Positions 1 to 9,508 are shown, counted from the first letter of the stretch. The stretch is 54,063 nucleotides of DNA from Kiritimatiellia bacterium (GCA_036651955.1 JAVVWU010000006.1:1-54063), one strand, 5' to 3'. The notes: a model not told the origin generated them from the sequence alone. Made by a program: numbers and translations.

Positions 1-1
1 T

Positions 2-400
2 GTTGGTAAGATCTATACGGTCGCTGTGGAATCTGGCACTCAATGGAAGGAGACTACCACGCCTGCTGATGCTACGGAATTTCCTGCGGGAACGATTTTT
101 TGGCTCAAAAACGGTTCTGCAGCGGATGCGCTTTTCTTTGGTGGTACGAGCGGACAGACGATTGCCGTTCCGGCTAGTGCGGGAATGTCCCCTACTGGAA
201 ATGCGGCGTCTGCCGCCGTTCAGATTAGTACTATTTCCGGTGCAGCGTATGATCGCTTGCTCGTGTTGGCAGCTAATAGTAATGAGTACGTCAACTATAC
301 GCATACAGGAACCGCATGGGTGAAAGGGACGTCGACTGTTGTTGGTTCGGACGCGATTGCTGCCGGAGAAGCGTTCTTCTACTACAAAGCGTCGCGCTAG
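2..400 (+). CDS. 5'-truncated hypothetical, probably exported, protein of a PVC-type family
   Basis: Frame is open from the window edge to TAG at 398-400. It is Ala/Gly/Thr-rich with an internal two-fold motif (FPAGTIFWLK / IAAGEAFFYY) and lies directly upstream of a PEP-CTERM gene. Confidence 0.6.
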   Translation, partial: VGKIYTVAVESGTQWKETTTPADATEFPAGTIFWLKNGSAADALFFGGTSGQTIAVPASAGMSPTGNAASAAVQISTISGAAYDRLLVLAANSNEYVNYTHTGTAWVKGTSTVVGSDAIAAGEAFFYYKASR

Positions 401-447
401 TCGCCGCATTGGAACGAATAGTATTAGCGAATAGAATAGGGAGAGAA

Positions 448-954
448 ATGAAAAAGTTCTTATTAGTAATGACCGTCGCCGTGATGGCATCGCTCTCGTC
501 GGCAGTGACATTGAGCTGGGAAGGTACGAATAGTGACACTTCTTGGACCGGTTCGATGACGACCGGATCGGTGGTTTATTCTGCGAGTGGTGACCTTGCC
601 GGTGCCGTTGCGTACGCCAAGAGTTCGACGAGTGGTGGTGACTATACCACCATCGGATTGACGGCTCTTAATGGGGGTTTGCTTACGGGTGACGTAACGG
701 CGGCGAGTGGCTCAGCGCCTTCTACTGAAAAAGGGAAATATTGGATCATCCTCTTTGATGCGACGAAGGAAACGTATGCGGTGATGGAAGTTGCGGCTAC
801 CGCGACAGATGGTAAGTGGAATGAGTCGGGAGTTTTCCCGGGGATACCGGTCCTTGGCGAGTTCGTGGGGACAGCGGTTGTTCCGGAGCCAACGATTTTG
901 GCACTGCTCGCTCTTGGAATTGCCGGCGTCGCACTCCGCCGTCGCGCACAGTAG
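448..954 (+). CDS. PEP-CTERM sorting domain-containing protein
   Basis: RBS-like GGGAGAG, signal peptide MKKFLLVMTVAVMASLSSA, and C-terminal VPEPTILALLALGIAGVALRRRAQ (PEP motif, TM helix, basic tail). Confidence 0.92.
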   Translation: MKKFLLVMTVAVMASLSSAVTLSWEGTNSDTSWTGSMTTGSVVYSASGDLAGAVAYAKSSTSGGDYTTIGLTALNGGLLTGDVTAASGSAPSTEKGKYWIILFDATKETYAVMEVAATATDGKWNESGVFPGIPVLGEFVGTAVVPEPTILALLALGIAGVALRRRAQ

Positions 955-980
955 CGCTCTCCTGCTACATCTTGACACTT

Positions 981-1006
981 AAGGGCGCGCTCCGGTGCGC
1001 CCTTTT
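981..1006 (+). terminator. Rho-independent terminator after the PEP-CTERM gene
   Basis: AAGGGCGCGC-TCCG-GTGCGCCCTT hairpin followed by TTGTT. Confidence 0.7.
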
Positions 1007-1047
1007 GTTGTGCAGTGCTGCCGACAACAATGTGCTAGAATAATGAA

Positions 1048-1191
1048 ATGAAGCGCGGGCAGACGTTAGTGGAATATGTCCTGGTGCTGGTGCTGCTCCT
1101 TGGAGCGGCGACGGCGGTCGGATTTGTCGCGAAAGCGGTGCGCGCGCAGTCTGCGCGGACGCAACTGTTGCTCGGATCAGATTATCCTTGA
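1048..1191 (+). CDS. Small Flp/TadE-like prepilin (47 aa, absent from the ORF track)
   Basis: MKRG|QTLVEYVLVLVLLLGAATAVGFVAKAVRAQSARTQLLLGSDYP*. Has the type IV prepilin cleavage motif G|Q-x3-E-Y and a hydrophobic helix. Its stop overlaps the GAGGAGG RBS of the next gene. Confidence 0.8.
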   Translation: MKRGQTLVEYVLVLVLLLGAATAVGFVAKAVRAQSARTQLLLGSDYP

Positions 1192-1201
1192 GGAGGCGGA
1201 A

Positions 1202-1435
1202 ATGAAGCTGAAGAATCGTCACGGTCAAACGATGGTGGAGTACATCATTATTGTGGTACTGATTGCAATTACGCTCTTGGCACTGGTCGGCTTTTTCGGC
1301 AAGGCGATTGCCAAGAAGTTCTCCGGCGCGACGTCGGCAATTGATGAAGATGTCGGCGCAGAAGCGCAAGGCGCCTATCAAGATATTGATGGTTCCAATA
1401 AGCTCAAATCGCTTGATGAATCGGGCAATCTGTAA
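1202..1435 (+). CDS. flp: Flp family type IVb/c pilin
   Basis: MKLKNRHG|QTMVEYIIIVVLIAI Flp motif (G|xxxxEY), 77 aa, strong RBS GAGGAGG. Confidence 0.88.
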   Translation: MKLKNRHGQTMVEYIIIVVLIAITLLALVGFFGKAIAKKFSGATSAIDEDVGAEAQGAYQDIDGSNKLKSLDESGNL

Positions 1436-1451
1436 CGGCTTGCCGAATCGG

Positions 1452-2012
1452 ATGAATCAACGGCGTCAGCGACACGCCGCTTTTCTGCGTGCACGCCGCG
1501 GGCAAGCGATGATTGAATCGCTGCTCGTGCTGATTGTCCTCGTGGCAGGCTTCTGTTTCTTCTTTGACTTTGCCTATGGCGCGGTGTCGCGGCTGCTCTT
1601 GAATCACGCGGCGGCGCGCGCCGCGCGCGCCGATACGGTCGGCTTCAATCATTTCCAACAGCTGAAAAATGCGCGTGTGGCGCTGATTCCCGTTTCGGGG
1701 AAGGGAACGGTGCCGGCAGGGCGGAAGCTTTCGGCGTCGTCGGAATTGGCGCTGATCCGAACGTATTTGCAGAGTGAAGGAGAGGCGGAAGCGTCGGGCA
1801 TTTTGAACTATGAACGGTGGGAACGGCTGACCTGTCAATCGCAGCGCAAAGGTCATGAGACGGCGGTGAAGCTGTCCATGGAGCTGCCGGCGCTCTTGCC
1901 ATGGAAATTGGGCGCGCTGTTGGGCGTTTCAGGCGCGGAGACGTTGACGTTGCAGACGGAGTGGCGGATGGAGCATCATGCGAAACTGTATTTGAAAGAG
2001 GCGCTGGAGTGA
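1452..2012 (+). CDS. TadE-like pseudopilin
   Basis: RRG|QAMIESLLVLIVL prepilin motif and TadE-like LNHAAARAARA segment. Confidence 0.8.
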   Translation: MNQRRQRHAAFLRARRGQAMIESLLVLIVLVAGFCFFFDFAYGAVSRLLLNHAAARAARADTVGFNHFQQLKNARVALIPVSGKGTVPAGRKLSASSELALIRTYLQSEGEAEASGILNYERWERLTCQSQRKGHETAVKLSMELPALLPWKLGALLGVSGAETLTLQTEWRMEHHAKLYLKEALE

Positions 2013-3346
2013 CGCGGCGCACGCGGCAAGCGCGGCGCACACGGCGTGTGGGGCGTGTGGGGCAGGCGGTCGTGCTGCTGCTCGCGGTGCTGGTGGCGAT
2101 GGCAGTTTTAGCGCTGTGGGCATTTGATATTCATCATTTCGTGATGGCGAAGCTGCGGGCGCAGGATGGCGGCGACAGTGCGGCATTGGCGGCGGCGCGT
2201 TGGCAGGCGGCAGGACTGAATCTCATCGGAGAGCTGAATCTCATCCACGCCTATATGCTCGCCGATCAGTCCTCGACGGTCATGGAGGCGTCGGCGCTTT
2301 CGGAATTGCAGCAGCGGATCGCTTTGACGACGCCGATGCTGGCGCTGCTCTCGGCGCAACGAATGGCAGAAAAGAATGGGATGGAAGCGCTCGAAGGTGC
2401 GGCGGACTATTTACGTGACGCCGGCGAACAGCTGACGTTTGACGATACGTATGAAGGCGCGAAAGAAGAGTTTCGGGCGATGTTGGCGCTGCTCTTGCGC
2501 GAACCGATTCGCGCCTTTCCATTGACATCGCTTCAAGATTCGTCGGAGGCGTCCTCGTGGCTGATGAATCAAGATTTTTATGAGGCGGTCTTAGCGCGCG
2601 ACTGGTGTTGGTTTTGGTTCAATGCTTATCCTTTTTTCCAGCGTTATGCCGGTCGCGGTGATTTCGGACAGATACCGAAAGTGAAATCGAAGCTTTTCTT
2701 TGATTTGAAGCTGTCGCGTGTCGCGTATTCGTTTGACGATTTGACGATCAGCGAGACGATGGATCAGCAGCTGGAAGCGCTCGGGCATCCGCCGCTTCCG
2801 TCGCCGCAGCAGTTCCCCGATCCGTCGCAGTGGAAACGGCAACAGTTGCAACGGTGGGCGACGTATGACGCGAAGGCGTGGGGCGCGTGGACGGCGATGC
2901 GGCGTTCGGAGCTGCCATTGCGTGCCGAGGTCAAAGACTGTTACGACTATGAAGGCGCGTCAGTGGCGCTCAGTGTGCTTCGCGACGGTTCGTCGTGGTT
3001 GGCGGCGGCGAAAGCGTTCGGAACGGTGGACGGAGCGAACCCGACGCAGCATGAGCTGCTCTTAGGCGGATTTAATGAGGTGCGGCTGATTCCGGTGGAT
3101 GCGGCAGATGCCGGACTGGTCGGATTTGATTTAGTGTGGCTACGGCATCTCCGCTATCATTTGGACGATTATCTCAATCGCGGACTGTATCGCGCCGGCT
3201 GTCGTTACTGTTCAGCGTTGGCGCAGTGGGATCAGCCGCATTTCCGTGAGCAGGGGCTGACATGGTTGCGGCTGTACGGGAATACGTGCCGCCGACCGAA
3301 GCCGGGATCGGGTGGCGGCGGTGGCGGCGCGCATTTCGGTCATTGA
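2009..3346 (+). CDS. TadG-like pilus assembly protein (N-terminal Tad domain)
   Basis: VG|QAVVLLLAVL...FD...AQDGGDSAALAAA matches the TadG-type Q-xx-(A/G)D-xAALAAA pattern. GTG start overlaps the upstream TGA. Confidence 0.75.
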   Translation: MTRRTRQARRTRRVGRVGQAVVLLLAVLVAMAVLALWAFDIHHFVMAKLRAQDGGDSAALAAARWQAAGLNLIGELNLIHAYMLADQSSTVMEASALSELQQRIALTTPMLALLSAQRMAEKNGMEALEGAADYLRDAGEQLTFDDTYEGAKEEFRAMLALLLREPIRAFPLTSLQDSSEASSWLMNQDFYEAVLARDWCWFWFNAYPFFQRYAGRGDFGQIPKVKSKLFFDLKLSRVAYSFDDLTISETMDQQLEALGHPPLPSPQQFPDPSQWKRQQLQRWATYDAKAWGAWTAMRRSELPLRAEVKDCYDYEGASVALSVLRDGSSWLAAAKAFGTVDGANPTQHELLLGGFNEVRLIPVDAADAGLVGFDLVWLRHLRYHLDDYLNRGLYRAGCRYCSALAQWDQPHFREQGLTWLRLYGNTCRRPKPGSGGGGGGAHFGH

Positions 3347-3462
3347 GTCTCGCCTTCTGTCGCTCTTCGCTCCTCTGTCGCTTTCGCTCCGCTTCGGCGC
3401 TCGCGCGTCTCGCGCTTCTGTCGTTCTTTTGCCACGGTTCGGCGGCTCGCGGTGTACGCTGA

Positions 3463-3523
3463 TTTGCCTCTTTTTGCCTCTTTTTGCCTCTTTTTCGCTT
3501 CTTTTTCGCTTTTTTTGCGCCTC
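3463..3523. repeat. 10-bp tandem repeat (TTTTTGCCTC)x3 plus degenerate copies within a pyrimidine-rich intergenic tract
   Basis: tttgcctc tttttgcctc tttttgcctc tttttcgctt ctttttcgct read directly from the sequence. Confidence 0.8.
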
Positions 3524-3663
3524 TTACCCTCCTTTTTCGTCGTTTCTCTGTCGCTTTGGCGTCGGCTTGTCGTGTCAAGATCTGCGATCGAAGAGATTCT
3601 ATTTCTCTCCGCATCGCGATATAATAGAGGACACATGATGAACTTATTACAGTAGGAGAAGAA

Positions 3664-4476
3664 ATGAGCCCAGCAACAGTTGAACCGGTCGTGTGGACGC
3701 TTCGCGCGCCACGTCGTTATCTTTGTTATGAACTTCCCGATGAATTTGTACCGCCGGAAACGGAGGAGGCGGTGGCACATCTGGGGGAAACGGTCGGCGA
3801 TATGCTCGGCGTGAAAGCGTTGACGCCGATGGTACGGAAATTGACCAGTATGCAGTGGATGGTCGTCTTTTTTCACGGCGCAGAGCGTTGTCATCGCGTG
3901 GCGACGTATGAGGACGGACGTTCGGGCAGCGTCGCCTATATTCCGCGGAGTGCCGAAGTCATCCTTTTTGACTGTCAGCACCACTTCCTGTACGGATCGT
4001 CGCCAACGATGGAGCGCGTCACGGATATTTTGGCGGCACTCGCCTCCTGTTTCCCTGAACGGCACCGCGCCCAGCCGTTCCAGCCGGTACGGTTCAATGT
4101 CCATCAACTGCGCCTCCTCTCCGCGGTGCATCGTCATCCGACGGCGCCGGCGTCACCGTGGAAGCATCTCACGCTGAAAAGTTTGGCGTGGAAAGAAGCC
4201 GGCGAAGATGGCACGGTGACGCGGCAACTGTATCCGACCGATGGATTTGAAGCGTTTGACTTCGCCGCCTGTGACTGGATGCCGCGAATGGTGAGTGTCG
4301 GGATGAAGCTGACGCCGCCGGCGAAAGATCAAGGCTATGTGGTGGAACTCTTTCATCAGACGTCCCTGTTTCGCGCGACACTGTCGCCGGTGACGCTTCC
4401 GGCAGTGGGCGCATTGCTTCGATTTTCCAAAGACGTGGCAAGGCAAGAAGGGGGGCGCTGTCGTCATGTTGGATAA
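3664..4476 (+). CDS. Hypothetical protein (270 aa)
   Basis: RBS AGGAG before ATG. Overlaps the next ORF by 11 bp. No confident family. Confidence 0.7.
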   Translation: MSPATVEPVVWTLRAPRRYLCYELPDEFVPPETEEAVAHLGETVGDMLGVKALTPMVRKLTSMQWMVVFFHGAERCHRVATYEDGRSGSVAYIPRSAEVILFDCQHHFLYGSSPTMERVTDILAALASCFPERHRAQPFQPVRFNVHQLRLLSAVHRHPTAPASPWKHLTLKSLAWKEAGEDGTVTRQLYPTDGFEAFDFAACDWMPRMVSVGMKLTPPAKDQGYVVELFHQTSLFRATLSPVTLPAVGALLRFSKDVARQEGGRCRHVG

Positions 4477-5134
4477 TCCGTATATGATCGAACGGGAAGA
4501 GCGCTGGCAGGCGCCGGAAGCGCTCCTTGAACCGCTACTCTGTCCCTATGCGACGGAGCAGGAGCGCGTCTTTCGTCTCTGTCCGCGCGGACGGATGGCG
4601 TGGCTGCGTGCGATTGCTCCGCTCCGTCATTCGACGGCGTGCCGTTGTCTCCTCTTGGGGCGCACCGCCGACGATGCGTTGACGACTGCCGATCTTGCCG
4701 TTTGGGCGGCAGAGGCGCAAACGTTGCTGCCGTGCGTGGTCGGACTGGTCGAGGAGGGCGAAACGTATCCGTGCGGGCATCAGCCTCGCTGCCGTGAGCG
4801 TCCACAAACGGCGGTGCGCGAGAGTGAAGAGCGGATGGCGATGCTCGGCTTGCGCGGAACGACACTGTCGGAAGCTTTGTCGGACGCCTTTCCGAAGCTC
4901 TCTTTGCGTAATCGGACGGTGCTTCAAGCGTGGGCGCATCAAGCGTCGCCCAAAAATCATCAGCACGCGATTGAGAATACGGAACTCGGCGAAATGTTTG
5001 GGCTTGACCGGCGGTCGATTCTGCGCATCTTAGCATCGGCACGTGATGACAATCCGCAACTGTTTCGTCGATTGGAAGCGCTTCGTACGCATCGTCTCTA
5101 TGAAAACAAAGGCTATGAAGTGCGAAGCGATTAA
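4466..5134 (+). CDS. Hypothetical protein with C-terminal helix-turn-helix
   Basis: NTELGEMFGLDRRSILRIL fits an HTH pattern. The N-terminal half is Cys-rich. Confidence 0.65.
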   Translation: MLDNPYMIEREERWQAPEALLEPLLCPYATEQERVFRLCPRGRMAWLRAIAPLRHSTACRCLLLGRTADDALTTADLAVWAAEAQTLLPCVVGLVEEGETYPCGHQPRCRERPQTAVRESEERMAMLGLRGTTLSEALSDAFPKLSLRNRTVLQAWAHQASPKNHQHAIENTELGEMFGLDRRSILRILASARDDNPQLFRRLEALRTHRLYENKGYEVRSD

Positions 5135-5218
5135 ATCCGATGCGCGCAGGAGGGCCCGCGGCGTATTGTGGTAAAATGTGCCTAATTCCAGCTTCACGAG
5201 AGATCCAGAGGAGAGAAA

Positions 5219-6706
5219 ATGGGCGGCTTTTTTGGCGTTGTTTCGCAGAATACCTGCGTATCCGATGTTTTTTTCGGAACCGATTACCATTCACATATGG
5301 GGACCGTGCGCGGTGGCATGGCGTTTTTCGCAGGAAACACCTTTCATCGTTCCATTCACAATATTCAGAATGCCCAATTTCGTGCGCGCTTTGAACGCGC
5401 GGCGAAACGTTTTTCTGCACTGAGCCCCAATTACGGGATCGGTGTCATCAGCGATCAAGACGATCAGCCGATTTTGGTGCGTTCGCATCTCGGGATGTAC
5501 GCTTTGTCATTGGTCGGACTCATTACCAACTTGCCGGAGCTTGTGGAGGAACTCATCCGCGAACGTCATGCGCACTTTTGCGAATTGGGTAAAGATGGCG
5601 AACTGAACGCATTGGAACTGTTCGCGATGCTCGTGAACTCGCAAGATACGGTCGAAGAAGGCTTGCAATATGCACAAAGCCGTGTCGAAGGTTCGGCATC
5701 GGTGCTTCTGCTCTCCGATCACGGCGTGCTGTATGCCGCGCGTGACCGATTCGGGCGCACGCCGGTCATTCTCGGGACGAAGCCGGACGGTTCGGTGGCA
5801 GTCACGATGGAGACGGCGGCATTCCCCAACTTAGGCTATACGCGTGAGCGTGATTTGAAGGCGGGAGAAATTGTCGCCTTGTCGCTGGAAGGCGCACGTA
5901 CCGTCGTCGAAGGACGGGAAGAACAGGCGATTTGCTCCTTTCTGTACGTCTATTACGGTTATCCGGCAAGCACGTATGAAGGCGTCGGTGTCGAACGGGT
6001 GCGTTATCGGAGCGGCGCCTATCTGGCACGGCGCAATCCCGTCGAAGCCGATCATGTGGCAGGGATTCCCGATTCCGGCGTGGCGCACGCCTTGGGTTAT
6101 GCCTTTGAAAGCGGTATCCGTTATGCGCGTCCTTTTGTGAAATATACGCCGACGTGGCCGCGAAGCTTTATGCCGCCCGATCCGAGCCTTCGCCAAAAGA
6201 TTGCCAATATGAAGCTCCTGCCGGTGCCGGAATTGATTGAAGGCAAGAAACTCATTTTTTGTGATGACTCCATTGTCCGCGGAACGCAGCTGCGCAATCA
6301 GGTGTCGCGTCTCTATGATGCCGGCGCGCAATCGATTCATGTGCGCATTGCCTGTCCGCCACTCCTGTACAAGTGCAAGTTCTTAACGTTCTCGCGGACG
6401 CAGAGTGTGATGGATCTTGCGACGCGTCGGGTGATTATGGAAACGGCAGGACCGACGGCAGATATTGAATCTTTCCGCGATCCGGACGGCGCGCCGTACA
6501 AGGCGATGGTGGAGGAACTCCGCCGCCGTCTGGGCATGACGTCGCTCGCGTTCCAACGGCTGGAAGATGTCGAGAAGGCGATTGGCATTGGCAAAAAGAT
6601 TTGCACGTACTGCTGGAGCGGCGAAGATATTTCGTTGAAGGGGCACGGCGGCTGCAATGGACAGTGCGCCTGCTGCGGTGATGTGTGCGCGATGAAGGGA
6701 AAGTAG
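5219..6706 (+). CDS. purF: Amidophosphoribosyltransferase (MGGFFG subtype lacking the Cys1 nucleophile)
   Basis: PRPP-binding loop CDDSIVRGT, GIPDSG, RDRFGRTP, and Fe-S Cys motifs (ICSF, IACPP, CTYC). Confidence 0.93.
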   Translation: MGGFFGVVSQNTCVSDVFFGTDYHSHMGTVRGGMAFFAGNTFHRSIHNIQNAQFRARFERAAKRFSALSPNYGIGVISDQDDQPILVRSHLGMYALSLVGLITNLPELVEELIRERHAHFCELGKDGELNALELFAMLVNSQDTVEEGLQYAQSRVEGSASVLLLSDHGVLYAARDRFGRTPVILGTKPDGSVAVTMETAAFPNLGYTRERDLKAGEIVALSLEGARTVVEGREEQAICSFLYVYYGYPASTYEGVGVERVRYRSGAYLARRNPVEADHVAGIPDSGVAHALGYAFESGIRYARPFVKYTPTWPRSFMPPDPSLRQKIANMKLLPVPELIEGKKLIFCDDSIVRGTQLRNQVSRLYDAGAQSIHVRIACPPLLYKCKFLTFSRTQSVMDLATRRVIMETAGPTADIESFRDPDGAPYKAMVEELRRRLGMTSLAFQRLEDVEKAIGIGKKICTYCWSGEDISLKGHGGCNGQCACCGDVCAMKGK

Positions 6707-6711
6707 TCGCT

Positions 6712-7965
6712 GTGGCGCGCAATAAAGTCCGAAATATTGAACGGTTGGAATCGTATGTGATTCCGCTCATTCAACAAGAAGGCGCGGATCAAAAGGTGAC
6801 CGACTTTTGGCCGCGCGTTTTGCTCGCCGTCTTGCGCGGTATTTCGCTCGTGTACGGCGTGGCGGTCTGGTTGCGAATGTATTTTTTCCGCGTGGGCGTC
6901 TTGCGCCGCTGGCCGCTCGGCTGTCAAGTCATCAGCGTGGGCAACGTCACCGCCGGCGGTACGGGCAAAACGCCGGTGGTGGAAATCTTCGCCCGTGAAT
7001 TGACGAAGGAAAACCGCAAGGTCGCCATTTTGTCGCGCGGCTATCGGCGCAAAGAAAAGCCTTTCTTTCAACGAATCTTCTCCGGCGAGATGGCGCCGAC
7101 ATTGGTCGTGAGCGATGGTCGGCGCGTTTTGCTGGATTCTGAAATCGGCGGCGATGAGCCGTATATGCTGGCGAGTAATCTGCCCGGCGTCGTGGTGCTG
7201 GTCGATCGCAATCGTGTGAAGTCGGGACGCTATGCCATTCGGAAATTCGGCTGCGATACGTTGATTCTCGACGACGGCTTCCAATATCAAAAGCTCAAAC
7301 ATTCGCACGATATCGTTCTCGTGGATCAAACCAATCCTTTTGGCAATGGAAACTTATTGCCGCGCGGCGTCTTGCGTGAAAGCATCAAGAATTTACGCCG
7401 CGCCGATTTCATCTTTATCACGAAGTCTCAAGGACATTCCGAAGCGTTGGAAGAGCGTATCCGGAAACTGAATCACCATGCGGAAATCATCGAATGCTGT
7501 CATGCGCCCAAAGCGCTGCGCAACGTTTACGGACAAGAGGTTAAACCGCTGGAGTGGCTCGCCGGCAAGAAGGTGTTAGCCCTTTCCGGTATCGCCGTGC
7601 CGCAAAGCTTTGAAGGCTTTTTGACGCGATATGGTGCGGAGCTGACAGAATGCGTGCGCTACGCCGATCATCACCGCTATGCGATGCAAGAGGTGATTAA
7701 CGTGGTGAACCGCGCCGCCGATTTAGGCTGTGACGCATTGATTACGACGGAAAAAGATGCGGTGCGTTTCCCCTTACTGGCGACAACGGCAGTCCCTGTT
7801 TATTATTTGCGTATTGAGATTGAAATTCTCAAAGGCGCTCAAAACTTTCGCGATGCCGTCTGTCATATTTGCTTCAAGCCGCCGCGGGAAGAAGGTGCGG
7901 ACGAAGCCGTTCAGAGTTCCGCGCGCGCCGCAGAAGCGGTGGAGTCGTATGCGACTGTTGAATAA
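6712..7965 (+). CDS. lpxK: Tetraacyldisaccharide 4'-kinase
   Basis: [46 protein letters not shown] motifs. Start codon is approximate. Confidence 0.95.
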   Translation: MARNKVRNIERLESYVIPLIQQEGADQKVTDFWPRVLLAVLRGISLVYGVAVWLRMYFFRVGVLRRWPLGCQVISVGNVTAGGTGKTPVVEIFARELTKENRKVAILSRGYRRKEKPFFQRIFSGEMAPTLVVSDGRRVLLDSEIGGDEPYMLASNLPGVVVLVDRNRVKSGRYAIRKFGCDTLILDDGFQYQKLKHSHDIVLVDQTNPFGNGNLLPRGVLRESIKNLRRADFIFITKSQGHSEALEERIRKLNHHAEIIECCHAPKALRNVYGQEVKPLEWLAGKKVLALSGIAVPQSFEGFLTRYGAELTECVRYADHHRYAMQEVINVVNRAADLGCDALITTEKDAVRFPLLATTAVPVYYLRIEIEILKGAQNFRDAVCHICFKPPREEGADEAVQSSARAAEAVESYATVE

Positions 7966-9508
7966 AGTCGGGATCGTCAGTGCGATGACCGGCGTCAGTC
8001 GGCTGTTCGGTCTCGTGCGCGAAATCGTAATGGCGAACTTTTTCGGCACGAGTACGCTGCAAAGCGCCTTTGTCATTGCCTTTCGCATTCCGAATCTCTT
8101 TCGCCGGCTCTTTGGTGAAGGTGCGCTGGGGGCGGCGTTTATTCCGGTCTTTGTGGAAATTGAACGTGTCGAAGGCAAAGCGCGTGCGCAACTTTTTGTC
8201 GCGCGTATTTTAGGGCTGATGATTTGCGTCCTCGGCGCGTTGGTCGCGATCGGTATCGTGCTGAGTTTTGGTGTGGAGCGTTGGTGCGGACCGCTGTCGC
8301 GCTGGACCGAGGCGATGCCGCTGCTGCGGATTATGTTGCCTTATGCCGTGCTGATTTGTGTGGCGGCGATTCTATCGGCAATTCTCAATGTACATGACCG
8401 CTTCGCCATTTCTTCGCTGACGCCGGTACTCCTCAACATTGTTTGGATTCTGGTGCTTTTGGCAGTCTGTCCTTTTTTACCGGAAGAAGGCTATTGGCGC
8501 ATTGGCGCCGTCAGTGTCGGTATTCTTATCAGCGGATTTGTGCAAGTGCTGTTTCAACTGCCTGAATTGAAACGTGTCGGTTATCTCTTCCGGCTCAAAT
8601 TTTCGGGGTGGGGGAGTTCGCGATACGTTCGGCAAGTGTTGCTGCAAATGGGGCCGGCATCGCTCGGGATCGCCTTGGCGCAGATCAATATTTGCATGGA
8701 CGGCTGGCTCGCCTTTTATGGCGCGACGTGGGCGCCGTCGGCATTGGAATATGCCGATCGGATTATCTATCTGCCGCTGGGACTTTTCGCCACGGCGTTT
8801 GCCACCGTCTTACTGCCGACGTACAGTCGTCAGTATGCCGCCGGCGATCTTGCGGAAATGCGCGCCACGATGGATCGCGCCTTGAGCCATTTAATGCTGA
8901 TAATGATTCCGACCGCCGTCGGCTTAATGGTGCTCGCGCTTCCCTTGGTCGCTTTGATTTATCAGCGCGGCGCCTTCGGAGCGGATTCGACGCTGTGGAC
9001 GGCGCGCGCCGTTTTCGCCTATGCGCCGGGGCTGCTCGTCTTTTCCGTCAATAAAGCGGTGGTGCCGGTCTTTTATGCGCAGAAAGATTTACGTACGCCA
9101 GTCATCATTGCCTCGTGCTGTATCTTCGGGAATTTCGCGCTCAATGTGCTGTCGGTCCTTTTCCTGCCCGAAGGATGGCGTCATGTCGGCATTGCCGCGT
9201 CAACGGTCTTTAATTCGCTGCTCAATTCAATCATTCTGATTGCCGTGCTTCATCGTCGCGGATGTGCGCCCGATGTGCGCCGATTGGTCGTGGGCGGCGC
9301 GCAGGCATTGAGTGCTGCCGCGCTGATGGGCGTGGCGGTGTACGGAGCGTTCTCGTTGCTTTCGGCGCATCTTCATCTTCTTTTGAGCGTACCGCTCTGT
9401 ATTTTCGTCGGCGTCGCGGTCTATCTTTTCGCCGCCTTGCTTCTGGCGCCGGCGATGACACGCGATGCGCTCGCCAATCTGCCGCTCTTTCGCCGCCGGA
9501 AACATTAA
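7949..9508 (+). CDS. murJ: Lipid II flippase MurJ (MviN)
   Basis: SRLFGLVRE, AFRIPNLFRRLFGEGALGAAFIP, YADRIIYLPLG; about 14 TM segments. Confidence 0.95.
   Translation: MRLLNKVGIVSAMTGVSRLFGLVREIVMANFFGTSTLQSAFVIAFRIPNLFRRLFGEGALGAAFIPVFVEIERVEGKARAQLFVARILGLMICVLGALVAIGIVLSFGVERWCGPLSRWTEAMPLLRIMLPYAVLICVAAILSAILNVHDRFAISSLTPVLLNIVWILVLLAVCPFLPEEGYWRIGAVSVGILISGFVQVLFQLPELKRVGYLFRLKFSGWGSSRYVRQVLLQMGPASLGIALAQINICMDGWLAFYGATWAPSALEYADRIIYLPLGLFATAFATVLLPTYSRQYAAGDLAEMRATMDRALSHLMLIMIPTAVGLMVLALPLVALIYQRGAFGADSTLWTARAVFAYAPGLLVFSVNKAVVPVFYAQKDLRTPVIIASCCIFGNFALNVLSVLFLPEGWRHVGIAASTVFNSLLNSIILIAVLHRRGCAPDVRRLVVGGAQALSAAALMGVAVYGAFSLLSAHLHLLLSVPLCIFVGVAVYLFAALLLAPAMTRDALANLPLFRRRKH

Noticed and set aside
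3174-3614. Lys/Arg-rich histone-like ORF on the minus strand
   Set aside because: It is a translation of the pyrimidine low-complexity tract, overlaps the TadG-like gene and has no RBS.
5135-5218. Purine or ZTP riboswitch upstream of purF
   Set aside because: Only ~40 nt separate the TGGTAAAAT -10 and the ATG, and no aptamer consensus is visible.
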